NCBI RefSeq assembly: GCF_036588685.1
Contig: NC_086378.1
Location: 66,340,001-66,404,000 of the forward strand
Length of the DNA stretch: 64,000 nucleotides
Source: Mytilus trossulus
Lineage: Eukaryota
Direction of reading: 5' to 3'
A program made the translations under genes and the position numbers. A model generated the notes under the pieces. The model was given only the letters and a program-made list of their open reading frames with translations. It did not search any database and had not been told where the DNA came from. Shown here one piece after another: positions 23,337 through 37,567 of the stretch (position 1 is the first letter of the stretch; every line of letters starts with the position of its first letter).

Positions 23337-26300
23337 ATGATAAAATATCATAAAAAAGTCAGCATAAGTCCGGAGTCAGTGATAGAAGTTAGACCTTGCG
23401 CTAAAAGTGAAAGTAACGAGAATGACGAGCAAAATGAAATCGATGCAGTGGAGGAAGCAAGAGCGTCTGAAATCAGAAGTTTATGTAACCACTGGAAAAT
23501 GTTTGTTGTGATCATCATTCCTATATCAGCAATAATAATGCTCTCTGGAATTTCATTAACTCGAGCATCTAGGATCAAACAAAGTACATCATTAGCTATA
23601 GAGAATATAGACGACAATTTGAAAATGAGTGAACTGATACAGCATCTACAACGAGAACGAGGCATGTCTACATCTTTCATTGGAACATCAAATGTATCAT
23701 CCGCTATATTAAAGCAGCTACATATAATGAGACAAGAAACAAATACAAGTTTAAACAACATAAAATGGCCTTACTTTGGTATTTTTGTAATGAATTCTTA
23801 TTGGACGAAAGAAGATTTGCTAACATCATTAGCCGAGCATAGAAGGTATGTTGAGAATAGATCTATAAAGATCCTCTATAATTTAGACTATTATACTACA
23901 ATTACTCATGCCTTGTTGAAGTATATAGTTCAATCTGTTACTCCATCGGATAATGCAGCAGTACAACAGATGGTAGTGGCTAGTGAAGCTCTATTATCAC
24001 TGACAGATGACATAGGCATCCAAAGAGCTATTGGGACGACATTTGTTACCTCTTGTGGATGGCAATCTACAGAAATAGAGACGTACTACACGACATTACA
24101 TGGACGGTCATCAGCGTTTTTAGACACAGCAATACATCATCATAGGAACATTGAAACACAGTTAACACAAAAGATTCAAAATTCTGCTTATTTGTCATAT
24201 TTTGCCGATCAATATTATTCATTTGAATTGTTTAAGGATTATAAAAATATTTGTTCCAAGACGTCACAATATGAGAGAGAAACAAAAAGTATAAAATGGT
24301 TCAGTAATATGACAATATTCATTGATATATTTTTCGAAATTCGACAAGCTATCAACACAGATATACAATCTTTTTCAGAAGCTATACAAATAGTTGCTCA
24401 GTTTGAGTTTAATCTCTTTCTATCTACTTTGGTAGCTGTTGTAACAATTAGCGCTATTTTGTTTACTTCGTATGTGTACTTTGTTGCCAAAATGACAGGC
24501 AATTTATTAAAGTTAGCTGAGAAAGTTAAAAGGAAGACTGAAAAGCTGGCAAAAGAGAAGAACAAGACTGATTCTCTACTCTACCAGATGTTACCAAAAC
24601 AAATTGTTAGAAATTTGAAAAAAGGGACGTCATCTATGGCGGAATTGTTCAATGAAGTGACAATATACTTTAGTGATATTGTAGGATTTACGCAACTAGG
24701 AGCTGAAAGTAACCCTATCGAAATTGTTAACTTGCTGAATGACTTATACAGGTATGTTTATTCTTTAGTTTTATTAGATAACGTGCTCAAACAGTTTGGA
24801 AATCAAGGAAAACTAATTAATAAAATGATGATAGGTAAAATGTAAAAATAATGATTTTGCTATGAAGGAATAAAAAGTAAGACAAAATACCGAACTTAAT
24901 GTATACATAGCTTTTAAAAAAATGGTCAATGATACAAACAATTCAGCAGAACATTATGATCATAGCTATTCATTAACAAAAATAATCAAGCACAAATGTT
25001 AAGTATTTTTTTAAGTATCAGAATGTTTCGAGTCGATGAAAAAAAAATCAGTTGCGCTGCGATTATTTGTCAAATACTGTTTTACTTGTGGCCATTTTTA
25101 TAAACGATTGATATACGAAATTTTTAACGACACAACTCTGTTGAAAACCGCCCAATAGAATCACACTGTTCACGTTATGATTGTATGATTATTGTTCGTA
25201 TCACGCATTGTACATGGACGGACATTGTAAACGTGCATTGTGGACATATCGCAATGTGAATATAAAGGTATGTAGGTCATTTGACTTCTGACATAAACGA
25301 CAGAAGTAAGAAAAAATATGTAGAGGTTTATTATAACATCATGCGGTTAAGTTTGAAATAGATTACTGTGAGTCCAATAAATATTAGCAGATGTAGCATG
25401 AGTGCCAATGAGACAACACGCCATCCAAGTTATGATTAGTAAAAAATAAACCTATGAAGGTCAAAGTCTTCAACACAAAGCCTTACCTCACACCGCACAG
25501 CAAGCTGTAAAGGACAAGGAAAATGAATAATGTACATATATTCAAATTGGAAAACTAACAGCATGATCTATTTAACAAACGAGAAACGAGGAACACTCAT
25601 GAAACAAATCAACAAACGAAAACCACTGAACATCAGGTTTCTGACTTAGAACAGGTGCAAACAAATGTAGCAGGTTAAAAAGTTCCATAATACACTGATC
25701 TTTGAATATCACACGCGAAGGGAAATCGTAAAACTTACTATTCTGATTTTAGTCTACGACACTTATCGGATACGGTCTTGCACGTATGAAAATAGTCAAA
25801 ACGCAAGATACTGATTTCATTGCACGACACGTGTTATAATCGTGGAAAGTTATAGATAAGAAAAAAATGTGAGCATCGCTGAAGGTTGATTGTGTTTTGC
25901 GATTTAAAAACGATAATTCTCACTTATTATGTAAGAGGGTGTGTAGGCGTCTTGCATTTCTCTTTTCACTTATTTCATATCTCCATTTTCCTCTACTCCG
26001 TCATTTTATTGCACCATTTTCCACTATTCCGTAATTAATAAACCATTTGCGACTTTGTTTATTATTCATTCTGGCAATTTTATGTTCTTCTTTCAGTTTA
26101 CTTGACAAATGCATAGATAAATATGATGTTTATAAAGTGGAAACGATTGGTGATTCTTACATGGTGGCCAGTGGGGTACCGACACCAAATGGAAGGAATC
26201 ATGCACCGGAAATAGCATTAATGGCCTTGCAAATTCGACAGGAGGTCAAAGGGTATACTATTTCACACATGCCGGGTAGAACGCTTCAGATTAGGATAGG

Positions 26301-29300
26301 ACTTAATTCAGGTTGGTTCAAAATTATTACTTTATCAAATGTTTTATTGGGTTGCTGTTTCGTTGACCTTTATTCGACATCTGTTTGAATTCATTTTGTA
26401 TTTTGTAATTTTAGTGTTATATATAACATTGCCATAAAAACGGGAGATTTGGCTGCTCACAAAACCACTAAATATGTTTCTACCAATAGTTATTAGCGTA
26501 TAAATATAATGGACATCAGTTTACAGATGAGCTAAGATGGTAAAACATAGGATCTAAATTGTTTTCTTCTTCGAAAAAGATGAAATTAAATTTTGACAAA
26601 TGTTATCATTCTGTAGATTCATTTATTTTCGTGGGTATCAATTTTCGTGGATTGCTGAACATTTGTATATTCGTGGATATTTGATTTCGTGGTTTTTTCA
26701 ATCTTTGTATACAAAGCTTATTGAAAATATGATATTCGTTCAACATTTGAATTCGTGGTTTACCTGTATCCACGAAACCCACGAAAATTGGTATCAAACG
26801 AATAATAATGAATCCACAGTATAAAGTTTGATTTAGCTGGATATGACATATTACTCAGTGTTGGCTCGCGCAATGCATTCCTAGATGGAAACACTTATCC
26901 TACCAATTTCGATTTTTTTTTAGTTCATGCTGTTTTTCTAGTTTTATTTCTTATCTGAACTAAAACTCTTCGATATATAAGGTTTGAATTTTACAACAAA
27001 AAGTATACTTTGATACAAAAAACATGTAAATGCGTTTACTAATTTATATTTTGTCAGAAAGCTGTGTAAATTGCTATTTTAGTTATATTATCAAACGTGA
27101 GTTGTCAGCATTAAAATTTTAAGATCATATTAACCTGATCGTGTATCAAAACAATTTAACATAATTTTGAAAGTCTTAGTTAAAATGGTTTTTTATCCTA
27201 CCGCCTACTTTATAGTAATATTATGTTTGCTTAGTATTACTTATATGATAAACATTGGTATATTTCAGGACCATGCGTTGCTGGATGTGTTGGCACTAAA
27301 ATGCCAAGATATTGTCTGTTTGGTGACACAGTCAATACAGCATCTAGAATGCAGTCTTTCGGCATCGGTAAGCCCACCTTTAATATGTATTGAAATTACC
27401 TAGCGTCTTAAAAAATCTTACGTTCTTTAAAAATGTTTTTGAAATTTTGTGTGATTATGAAAACAGATTGTAAATAAATGCAAGACTCGGCACAATGCCA
27501 TGAAAAACAAACATAAGACAAAGGACCAGCGCTTTGATTTCTAATCTCAAAGTCATAGTTTTCAAATCAGAGCAACATATTTCTATCCAACCAAAAGTTA
27601 ACAACGATCTCTCGCAATGCCTTGGATAAGTTTTGATTCGAATTGCGTTAAAGATAATGCCAAAACTAAGAGTTTTCTTGTCATACAACACACCGATAAG
27701 GATTAATTTAGATTAATTCCTACCATAGAGAGGTCATCTGAAACCTGCACTGAAATGAATACTAAAAAAACATATCTTGATGTGTGAACTTTGGGCTCTA
27801 TTAACAATAGTATGGATTTCTTCTGTAAATTTAAGCCGATCATTCATTAATTTTTTTTCTAAATTACCATTCCAATAAATTTAAACAAAATCTGAGTATG
27901 CGATGTTGTTTTAAAGCTGTTATCAACAACACACATAGCTGATTTTAATAACGTATGTATAATTGTTACAAAATGTGATATAAATTTTATTTGCAATGTT
28001 AGAATACTTTTTGAATAATTAGAAATTTCATCCCTTTAAATAAAGTAAAATGAATGAATCGGAAATAAAACTAATTTCTACTTTGAAACAAAACCCCTTC
28101 AACCAGATGAAATAGCAATGAAATTTCTTTAAAAAAAGATTTTTAACAGAGATAGTGCAGTCATATTTCAGTTTTAATTCATATTGTTAAAGGGTGCAGA
28201 TCATCAAATACCTGAATGAGTGCTGCATGGAAATGAAAAATCTGGTAAAAGGTAAAATCACAAAAAAATGAACTCCGAGGAAAGTACAAAACGGAAAGTC
28301 CCTAATCATTTATCAAAATTAAAAGCTCAAACTCATCAAACGAATGGATAACAACTGTCATATTCCAGACTTAGTATAGGAAGGATTACCAACTTCTACA
28401 TTACAAAATTATGTATTAACAAAACAAACAGACACAATAGGTAAAAATGTTAAAATAGGGGTGTAACAGTGTGAGTATCTTAATAATAAAAAAAATATGT
28501 TACACAAAAGTGCAAAAAATCACTCACAACGAAAGACAGGAATACAAATAAATAACATAGCATAGTAGCACAATGATGGGATACAAAAGTACCCTGTCAC
28601 GTCAAATGAATATCACCAAAAAATAGAGTAAAAAAAAGTAATATTAAAAGGACAAATTACAGAAAACTACATGACGGTATAAAGACGATAATTAATGTCA
28701 GTTTCCAAAATCTGTACTTTTAGTCCATCATGTATTATTTGTGAAGTTAATACGGAATATTTACCAGCAATGGCTTGGTGCCTTCCGATTAACTTCGAAA
28801 AAGGACGGGACTTTCTTTGATATAGTCATGTTTCATCTTTTTTCTACTCAGTGTCTGCAGCTGCAAGCTCGTCAATACTAAATAAGTTATATAAGGTATA
28901 TTGCTACTAAGGTGTGAGAAATAATTTCAAAACTAAAGTCGTCTCGTTTGTAATAGATTCTGGAACTGAGATGACCGTGTATGTCAAAAACGAGACATAA
29001 GACTTAAAATGACATGTTAGATGGAGCAGTTTATGTACCATCAGAACGTGCATACGAATTATTTATCTCCCAATTGATACAATATTCCCTGGCCGGTATT
29101 TCGTATCATGATTTCCTTGATAGATTTGCTACTTGCAAGGAAGGTTTTAAACTAAGAGTTCCAACTGGTGAAGTTAAAATCATCCCTTCCAAAATTTAAC
29201 GGACGCCATCACGAGTTGGTTGATCGTTATGGAATGTCCGTTTTACAGATGATATCGGATATGTTCCAACAATCACGTTGCTTTTTACGAATGTGACCTA

Positions 29301-31488
29301 CCGAATCAGACTATTTACTAAGTTTGTTATAACATGAGCAACACGATGGGGCCACAGGAGGAACAGGATCTGATTACCCTTCCGGATAACCTAAGATCAA
29401 CCCCGGTATATCTATAAATTTGACTTTCCCTCTGGTGTCTTTCGCTGTTTTTTCCTTAATTTTCTAGTTCTTGGGATAGTATTTATTTAACTCAATCAGA
29501 AAACTTTGGATTGTTAATGGAAAGATCATCATCAATACATCTGAATGTGAAATTAATTAGCTGGCTTCTTTAATTTTCTTGTTTTTGTCATGGTGTTCGA
29601 ACTCTTTTTACCTTTTTGTAGCACCTGATATCCTCCTTCTCTCCGTGGGGATCTGATAAAATGTTTTAGAACATGTTTGTAGTCGATTTCAATTTCATAC
29701 CATGACGTTATATATTTTTTCGTCGACTTACGGATTTTGATTATATCTTTGGTATCTTCTGTCTCTGTTCTACACAAACCATTTTAGGCGGCCATGGTAA
29801 TTTTAACAAAATAGTCTTTACATGTTACTAAGACCGCCATTGACATCTTTGTAATGAAATTATTCAAATTTTATTGTAGGTGGAAAGATACATATAAGTA
29901 GTGTTACACAAGAAATCTTGAGCCATATTGGGAATTTTATAACAGAGTTCAGAGGTCTTATTGATGTGAAGGTAATAATTTATGCTACTTGTTATGTACT
30001 TGCAAGTAAATATTCCGTTTATATTTAAGAATTAAATGCTCTTTTTTGTAAATTTATTGGGGTGTAAAAGCGTTGACCGAACTACAGTTTGTATGAAGCG
30101 CGAAAGCGCTTCATACTAAAAATGTGCTCACGGTCAACGATTTTACAACCCTATAAATTACAAAAAAGCATTCAATACTTATAATTATTACAATTTATAT
30201 TTGAAGATATATATATGTGATAAGTTCGTTTACCTTAGTTTATAAATATATTTATACTGCTTTCTAATCGCCTATAAGTGTCATCAAACAGATATACAAA
30301 AGAGCTAAGGGTACAATATGGGTCGAATAGAATAGTTTAAATTTATAGCATTTGAAAGGGCTATAGCAGAGAATCTTAAAGTATAAGTTATTGTTGTTTT
30401 CTGTTTAAAACCTTAAGATTGTGAGATTTATTGTAAACGTGATTTATTAAATTATATTTGAAAAAAAAAAATATCAAAACTAATTTCCTTTCTTAGAAAT
30501 AGCTTTTATATCTTACTACCCCTTGCATTTCCTATTCCCATTTAAAGGCATTCGGGATATAAGGAAGAAAATAAAATAAACTAATACAATATATAGTAAG
30601 GACATATGCACATTTTGCAACCTGTGTCGTATCGTTATATTAGCATTACTTATATCTACAAATTCTTAATAGTAACAGGATTATAACTTAGTACGTCAAA
30701 CGCACGTTTCGTCTGCATAAACTCATCAGTGAGGCTCATTTCAAAATATTTTTCAAGCCACACAAGTAAAAAGTTGAAGAGTATTAGAATAAAAAATTTC
30801 AAAACGTCGTGCCGAATACGGCTAAGGTAATCTATGCCTGGGATAATTAAATCTTTAGTTCTAAAATATGATATTTTTTACATGATTTTGAACTCCGTTT
30901 TCAAAACCATCAACGGCCGTGTCTCTTTGTCTTTTTTACAAATACACATATAAATTTGTTTACCCATTTTAACAAGATAAATTTCCATTACTACGGACAC
31001 TTAATTGATGTGTTTTTTTCAAAATACCTGTCTAGCCTGGTCTATGGTGAGCGAGCAGGTTAAAACATACATATTTGGCTTTAAAATTATATGAATTGTC
31101 CGTACCCGTTAACTTACAATTTAGAAAAGAGCTCACATGAACGTCAATTCCTTTCAAATATCAAATTAAAGAAATAAAGGTTCATCAAACATGTTGTTTG
31201 TTATTTGTTACGATACTCTAGATCAAAACTGAATCACTCGTCATCCTTTAGAAAAGAAGCACGACTGTGTTGTTAGAATACGGTCCCGAAAGACATTTAT
31301 TGTTGAATGCGCATCTGGAGCAGATATGTTTGTATCGATGATTTAATTAGCATAATTGTTGGTTACAGCTAGAGAGAAACATTAGACTAAAATGAAATTC
31401 TACACTAACAATCTGTGTATCTTTATAGGGAAAAGGACAAATGGCTACATATTGGTTGGAGAAATTCCAAGTTGGCAAACATGTGTAA
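23337..31488 (+). CDS. NIT-domain receptor guanylyl cyclase (NIT-GC), copy B; exons 23337-24751, 26097-26311, 27269-27367, 29880-29971, 31429-31488; 626 aa
   Basis: Same exon lengths, splice sites and motifs as copy A, with an intact frame. About 15 amino-acid differences from copy A, counted by eye. Confidence 0.93.
26611..26819. mobile_element. Paralogous copy of the 9613-9821 MITE
   Basis: Near-identical sequence at the equivalent intron position. Confidence 0.7.
30026..30187. mobile_element. Family 2 element, hairpin half only (intron 4 of NIT-GC B; absent from copy A)
   Basis: Nested inverted repeat with a GTATGAAGCGC-GAAA-GCGCTTCATAC core. It ends at AATACTTATAATTA. Confidence 0.72.
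30693..30735 (-). ncRNA. Type I hammerhead motif with intact core in a retrozyme-like repeat (~30650-30865), intron 4 of NIT-GC B
   Basis: Reverse complement: GCCTCA-CTGATGA-GTTT(ATGC)AGAC-GAA-ACGTGCGT-T-TGACGT. The NUH triplet is GUU. Confidence 0.78.
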
Positions 31489-34400
31489 GGCATTCCATAC
31501 ATCATTCACAGCATCAATATGTTCTGAAATATTAGAGTCGCACGTGAGAGACATTCTGATCAAGCCAAAGCTGTAAACAAAATCAGACAGGTGCCTAGTC
31601 ATGTATAATGTTTGAATATTTGTGTTTGATATTTATGTAATTTTGTTGTAGATAATTGCGTATTGACATTCATATGCATATTTGAAGATGAATAATTTAC
31701 AATATACTATGTATTACTGCAAAATAATCGAGAATAAACAGCTGAACAAATTAAAACACGTTCATTTTATATAAATGCTACTCAAATAACATATTGCATA
31801 TAGAGAAATGTTGTATTAATGATATAGCCTGGCCTGGTCTGTCAAACCGAATTTTTACTAGATTGTGTTAAAAAAAACTTTAATCAGTCAGGATTCTACT
31901 TCATCAAAATTAGCTCCCTATTACGCCAGTTCATTTTTACAATTGTAGAAATGGAAGCCGTTGTAGGGATGACACGCTGACAATTAAGCTCTTGAAAAAC
32001 GATAAATGTATCCACATAGCACCATTACGATTCTTATATGTCAGTTGTATTTTTAAAGATAATGTATCTATTAGCTAATGAGCATCAGTTAATGTTCCTG
32101 TCTGCACTCAGTCAACTTTAAACTATTGTCTGATCTGTTGTCAGGTAGAATTTTCGAAAATTCATCTAAAAACTACTAAATATTTCGAAGAAGGGCAGAC
32201 TGAATATGTTCAGTGGTTGAAGACTATAGACCCTAATTATCACACACAATTCTTTTTTTCGAAGATATGCATTTTAGCATCCAACTTAAAAGACTGTCGT
32301 CAAGTACTTTAAACAAAAACTAGCTATTCGAACACACCTATCCTGTTTTGTGATTAATTAGAAAGGTATTCACTTGACCCATATATTTTATCTTTTAGTA
32401 CTGTGAAATTCTTATGTTATAAAGTCAACCTGTAGCCTTGATATATATAAATGATAGAATCTGAAGCGAGATGATGTATAAAATACTCTTGTGTTACAGT
32501 GTAACCCAATGTTTTTGATTTACATAGTGGAAGGGCAGACTCGAAAAATTACTGAACTAATTAATTGATATGTTCTGCGTCTGTGGTATTTTTTTTTGAA
32601 ATCGGAGGCTAGGCATTTTCTACATCCATCTTCATAGATATCTATGGTGTCGACTTGATTTATAATTATTCTGCTTAACTTTGTAATATATATATATATT
32701 GTAAACTTATGCAAATAGTGTTTTTAAAATAAAATACTTCGTAATTGAGCAGAAAATTTCATTTTATTTCTTTTCATAAACTTTTAAAAAAAATATTACT
32801 TTAGTAAACATTACAATAAGCGAAGCATTTATCGCCTTCTCTAACAAATATCTTCGTTTTTTTGTTCTATTTTAACTGGGGTTTCGCCTGTAATGCATAA
32901 AGCTATCTACCTACTTAGGCATTTTTTTTTAAATCGATATTAATCTATATCAACTTTCAAACTGAAGTAAAATAAATTATAAGAAGCGGAATGGCAGAAA
33001 TTTATAGGAACAGTCAGATCTATTGACTTCACCTCTCACATAAAATAAAGTAAAATATAATTTGTGTTACCTATAGTAGACATCATTCCTGTTTGAAGGG
33101 TTGTACAGTAGTCATTTATGGGCCCTTTACAGATTGCTGTTCGGTGTAAGCCAAGGCTCATTGTTGAAGAACGTACTTTTACTTATAATTGATTACTTCT
33201 TACTTGGATTGAGAGTTTTTCTCATCTGCACTTATACCACATCTTCCTATATCTATCATTACATGATACTTAAATTAAATACAATGACGCGATGACTAAC
33301 ACAGATTGAATCATAGATATACATAGAAGAGATATTAATATTTTCTCGTGTTTATTACTTCTTTGTTGACACCTAATATCTACCTGAACATCTAATTGTC
33401 ATAGCATATTCTTTACAAAGTTAACACTATTTAAATGAGATAGTCACGAACAACGCAAATCGGTCAATAAAAAGGCTTGAGTGGGAAGAGTTAATATAGA
33501 CGTTAAATTATGTATAGTTGTATTTTATGTTTGGTGCGATAATCCATATGATATTGTCAGCTTCAGAAAAAAATAATTGTATATTTGGGTACACTTAATA
33601 CAATTACATTTTCATAATCTATTTTCTATCCACTCTGCTTTTTTTTTGGTATCGGCTTCGACTAAAAGTAAAAAATGTAGCAAAATCATAAAAGTACTGA
33701 AATCCGAAGAAAATTATAAAAGGAAAGACCCTAATCAAATGGCAAAATCCCAAGGTCAAACACATCAAACGAATGGATAACAAATGTGTAGAAAATGATG
33801 TATTAAACCTGATTTTAAAGCTTGATAAACCCCTTACTTGTATGCATATGACAGTCGAATTTCATTATATTGACAACCACGTGTAAACAAAACAAACAGA
33901 CATAATAGCGAAAGGATGCAAAATAGGGATACAGCAGTCAACATTATGTTATGTTCCTCATCATTATAAAACAAACAAACGATGTCAAATACATGTATCA
34001 ATATTCTGATCACAAGCGTTATAAAAAACTTGATCAAAAAGTGCATGCAAGGCGAAACATGAAGACCATAGCAAATAAAAAAACAAACTATTTGAAGTGG
34101 TTTGTCAATTTTGAGTATTATTATAATGTTGTTGCATTCATTTGCATAATTTGACAACCTGCATACCAAGGTATCCACTTCAGGGACTATTGAAATGATT
34201 CACACAGGCGTTGTTCACCAATCGGAGTTTAATCAAGGAAACTGATAAATGCCGACAAATTACTCTTTGCAAGTCTTCGTCATATACACATTCTACAGGT
34301 GTGGCGTGTGAAATGATATACATATCAGTGACAATATTCAACGGAAATACTTCTGCGTACGAAGAAATTACAAAATAAAGTTGGCTTAAATTGCCGTCGA

Positions 34401-34539
34401 AAAGCCTTCTTTTTTCATAAAAAAACTGTAAAACATAAAATCTGATATTATCCCTACCATACTGACACGGATGAAAAATGAAGTTGGCTAAAGATTGAAA
34501 TATAATGATATAATGGTAGTGTTTTATTGGTGGAATTTC

Positions 34540-35600
34540 AATGAAAGATGATATTCAAACACATATGAAGTACCAGTTAAAGATTAGCTATATATCCAGA
34601 TGTAGAATTAACATAAGAAATTCCTCGCAGTTTTTGTGTTTAGGCAAATACATTATTTACTTGAATAAAAAATATGAATACATTAAAGAAGGGTACCAAC
34701 AAAGTAATCTTGCACCTGAAATGAAACGTATATAACCACAACTTACTAAATTTGTTTACAAGTGTTAAAAATGAACACTCACTTCACGTATCGCAGATCG
34801 AATACAAACAACAAAAGAGGAGGAATTTACGAAAATGCAAGACGAATAAGAATTTAAATGCAGCAATGGTTGGTTTGGTCGTTTTAAAGATCAACATAAC
34901 ATCACATTTAAGAAACTTCTAGAGAGGCAACACATGTTGATGTTTACAGTCAAGGTATGAAAGATTGGGTAACAAAAATGTAAAGCATAATGGCAGCATA
35001 ACACCGGACAACATCTTCAAGCTGACCATTCGGATACTTTGCTATTTTCTAAATTGTTGCAAAAATACACTTAACGAGTGTCAAAGTTTAGATTGTCACA
35101 GGAGGAGACGGATCTGCTTACCCTTCCTGAGTAGCTGATATCTCGCCCAGTTTTGAGCAAAGTATTTAGTTTTCTATGTTGTGTCGTGTGTACTATTGTT
35201 TTTCTGTTGTCTTTTTTTTTAGCCATTGTGTTGTCATTTTTTTGTAATGTTTAAAAGGTCAAACATAATGAAGAGTATTAAAACAGAGTTAATTGTTACT
35301 ATCCTAGATGCACTCCGATTTCTTCACCGAGCTTGGTCTCAGTCATAACCACCACATAAGCAACGGTTCTATACAGGCAAATGTAAGTGTTGACATTTTA
35401 TATTCAGTGTTTTAAGATGCCGATGTCGATGATATTCCACTTGTCCGTCTTGTATGAATAAATTTTATGGAATACGACAGCATCGACATTGATAATTCAT
35501 TCACTGAGCAACTGAGCGACGATATCTTCAACAAGATAACTTCGACAATGAAAAAGACAGAAGAACTTGTTTTGTTTCCCGAGTTTTTCCGTAATCTATA
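34540..35600 (+). mobile_element. Tigger/pogo fossil, second copy (N-terminal part joined to C-terminal part, DDE core missing)
   Basis: GYQQSNLAPEMKRI and CSNGWFGRFK, then VTILDALRFLHRAWSQ, typical of the Tigger C-terminal region. Confidence 0.75.
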
Positions 35601-36421
35601 GTGCATGACCTTTGTGAATATTTGTGTATTTGTTCTATTTGTGAATGTTTTGCATTGTGTCTGTTCTTGTGTGTTTAATTATTATAATGAAATAAATCAA
35701 ATGCTAGTGCTTATCTTTCCAAGATACCAAAACTTGTCTTTTGTCTTTCATCAATATCAACATGATCAATGTAATATTTCCTTACCTCATGATTTATGTG
35801 TTATTTAAAGAATAATCAACGCTGTATTTGCTCACATTTTATTTATAGCAAGAAAAAATATGGAGCTTGAAAACAAAACCATAAATTTGTCATATCGATA
35901 AATTAATTGCTATTACTAGTTTGGAGAAGTCTAATACTGATATTTCATATATTTCAAATGAATGACGTCCCACTCGACCTCGGATGAGTCGAATAAATTT
36001 ACCTGGTCCCTTCAACTTCAATTTACCAAGGTTAGACTGCATTATAAAAATCACAAAAATTATCGCAAGCTTTATTTTGGCTCACAGAAGTTTTCATTTG
36101 CATCTTTAAAGTAGATTAATTAGATTCGATTGTTGGTAAACTATAATGACTTTAATTTATGCCAAAGTTACTGTTCAGCAACATTTCCTTTAAAGAACAC
36201 AATTCTTTGATTATGTCATATCTAGCTAGAAAATAAACAAACATAGTATCACAACTCTCTCCTCAGTATGACACATAAAATTTGAATAAATGATATTTAA
36301 ATATTGCATTTAAATGAACAATTATCATTGTGACCAAATAACAGCCCTTTAATTTCTACAGCTATTGGTAGTAACCACTTTTCTTTAAATGTAATGTCTT
36401 TTTGTGTATGATTATTATATT

Positions 36422-37567
36422 TTATCCGACTTTAGGATAGAAACGACCATTAAATAAAATAAGACCTGATTTGATATCTCTTACATAAAACAAAAAGGGT
36501 CTATTTGCCAAAAATAGAGGAAAGCTACTTCTAAGTGTAATTCCAAAAGCTGTTCCTGCAGCTCCCTCTACACCTGCTTCGTTCATGTTGAAGACAACTT
36601 TATGGACAGCAATCTTGACGTATAAATTTGGTGTCTTCTCAACAATGAGATTAGAGAAGTTTGCTTTACCTGAGTTAAAAATATCTGTTACTGCAAGTTT
36701 AGGTAGTTCTTTCGTTAAATCAAAATCTGACTCTAATTTGAATTTTGGAATAAAGATATCCATACGTTTTCTAGTAAATCCAGTAGAAATATCCGATAGG
36801 AATTCCAATGATATCCTCGATTCAATATACTTAAGCTCAACTTCTTTATCTGGTAAAATGAAGACCATATCAAAGTTTCCTCCCTTGAATGGTAACGCTA
36901 TAGCAGTGAAGTCAACGCCTTTGTAATATGGAACATCTGATCTTATGCTCATCATTTCAACTTCAATCGTTTTGTTGTTTGGGAGTAAAAAGTTTTGCTT
37001 GCTTGTTAATTTTGGTGAAAATTGTCTCTCCCAAGTTGCTTTAAAATAAACTGCATTTATTATGAACAGAACAGTGTCATCGTCTATCATGTCCTCTTTG
37101 ATCAAATTCTTAATTTTTCCGTTTGTCTGTTTCGACACCCATCTATTCATCACAAATGCAGATGCCTTGGGTGTTGTAAAATCCTTCATACTGATATCAG
37201 CCCCAAAATATTGTTTTGCCTTCTGTCTGACATTTTGCAGAACTGTGAATCTGTTGTCTACAAATAATCTATTTGCACTAGCCAAACTCACATTAACTCC
37301 AGCTTGTTGAATTATATAGCTATTCAGTGACTTGTAATATTTCAACTTTTCTTCCTCTGAAAATATGTTATTTTTAAAAAGAGCCGATGATATTTGTTGT
37401 TGGGATCGTCCCCTTGCTCCAACCATTAACAATAGAACCGCCGCCGTGATACTATACGGTGATATACATAAACTCTCCTTCTTATCTAATTCTCCATACA
37501 ATGATGTCGAGAATTCAATTAAACTGTGTCCATAGTTAGCAGGAATTCCCGCCATCATAGCCATCAT
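36422..37567 (-). CDS. Serpin (leukocyte elastase inhibitor/serpin B-like, no signal peptide), P1 Arg
   Basis: 381-aa ORF with ISPYSI, NRWVSKQTNGKIKNL, INAVYFKATW, IPKFKLE, hinge EAGVEGAAGT, reactive loop AFGITLR|SS and FLANRPFLF. A splice acceptor (tttatttcag) lies 28 nt upstream of the ATG, indicating a 5'UTR intron. Confidence 0.95.
   Translation of the reverse strand: MMAMMAGIPANYGHSLIEFSTSLYGELDKKESLCISPYSITAAVLLLMVGARGRSQQQISSALFKNNIFSEEEKLKYYKSLNSYIIQQAGVNVSLASANRLFVDNRFTVLQNVRQKAKQYFGADISMKDFTTPKASAFVMNRWVSKQTNGKIKNLIKEDMIDDDTVLFIINAVYFKATWERQFSPKLTSKQNFLLPNNKTIEVEMMSIRSDVPYYKGVDFTAIALPFKGGNFDMVFILPDKEVELKYIESRISLEFLSDISTGFTRKRMDIFIPKFKLESDFDLTKELPKLAVTDIFNSGKANFSNLIVEKTPNLYVKIAVHKVVFNMNEAGVEGAAGTAFGITLRSSFPLFLANRPFLFYVRDIKSGLILFNGRFYPKVG

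Larger units (their letters stand above)
19019..35250 (+). repeat. Tandem segmental duplication unit B (contains NIT-GC copy B)
   Basis: Collinear with 406-~18320, with indels: lacks 1542-2187, the 4300-4892 MITE and ~8945-9395, and has an extra element at 30026. Confidence 0.9.
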
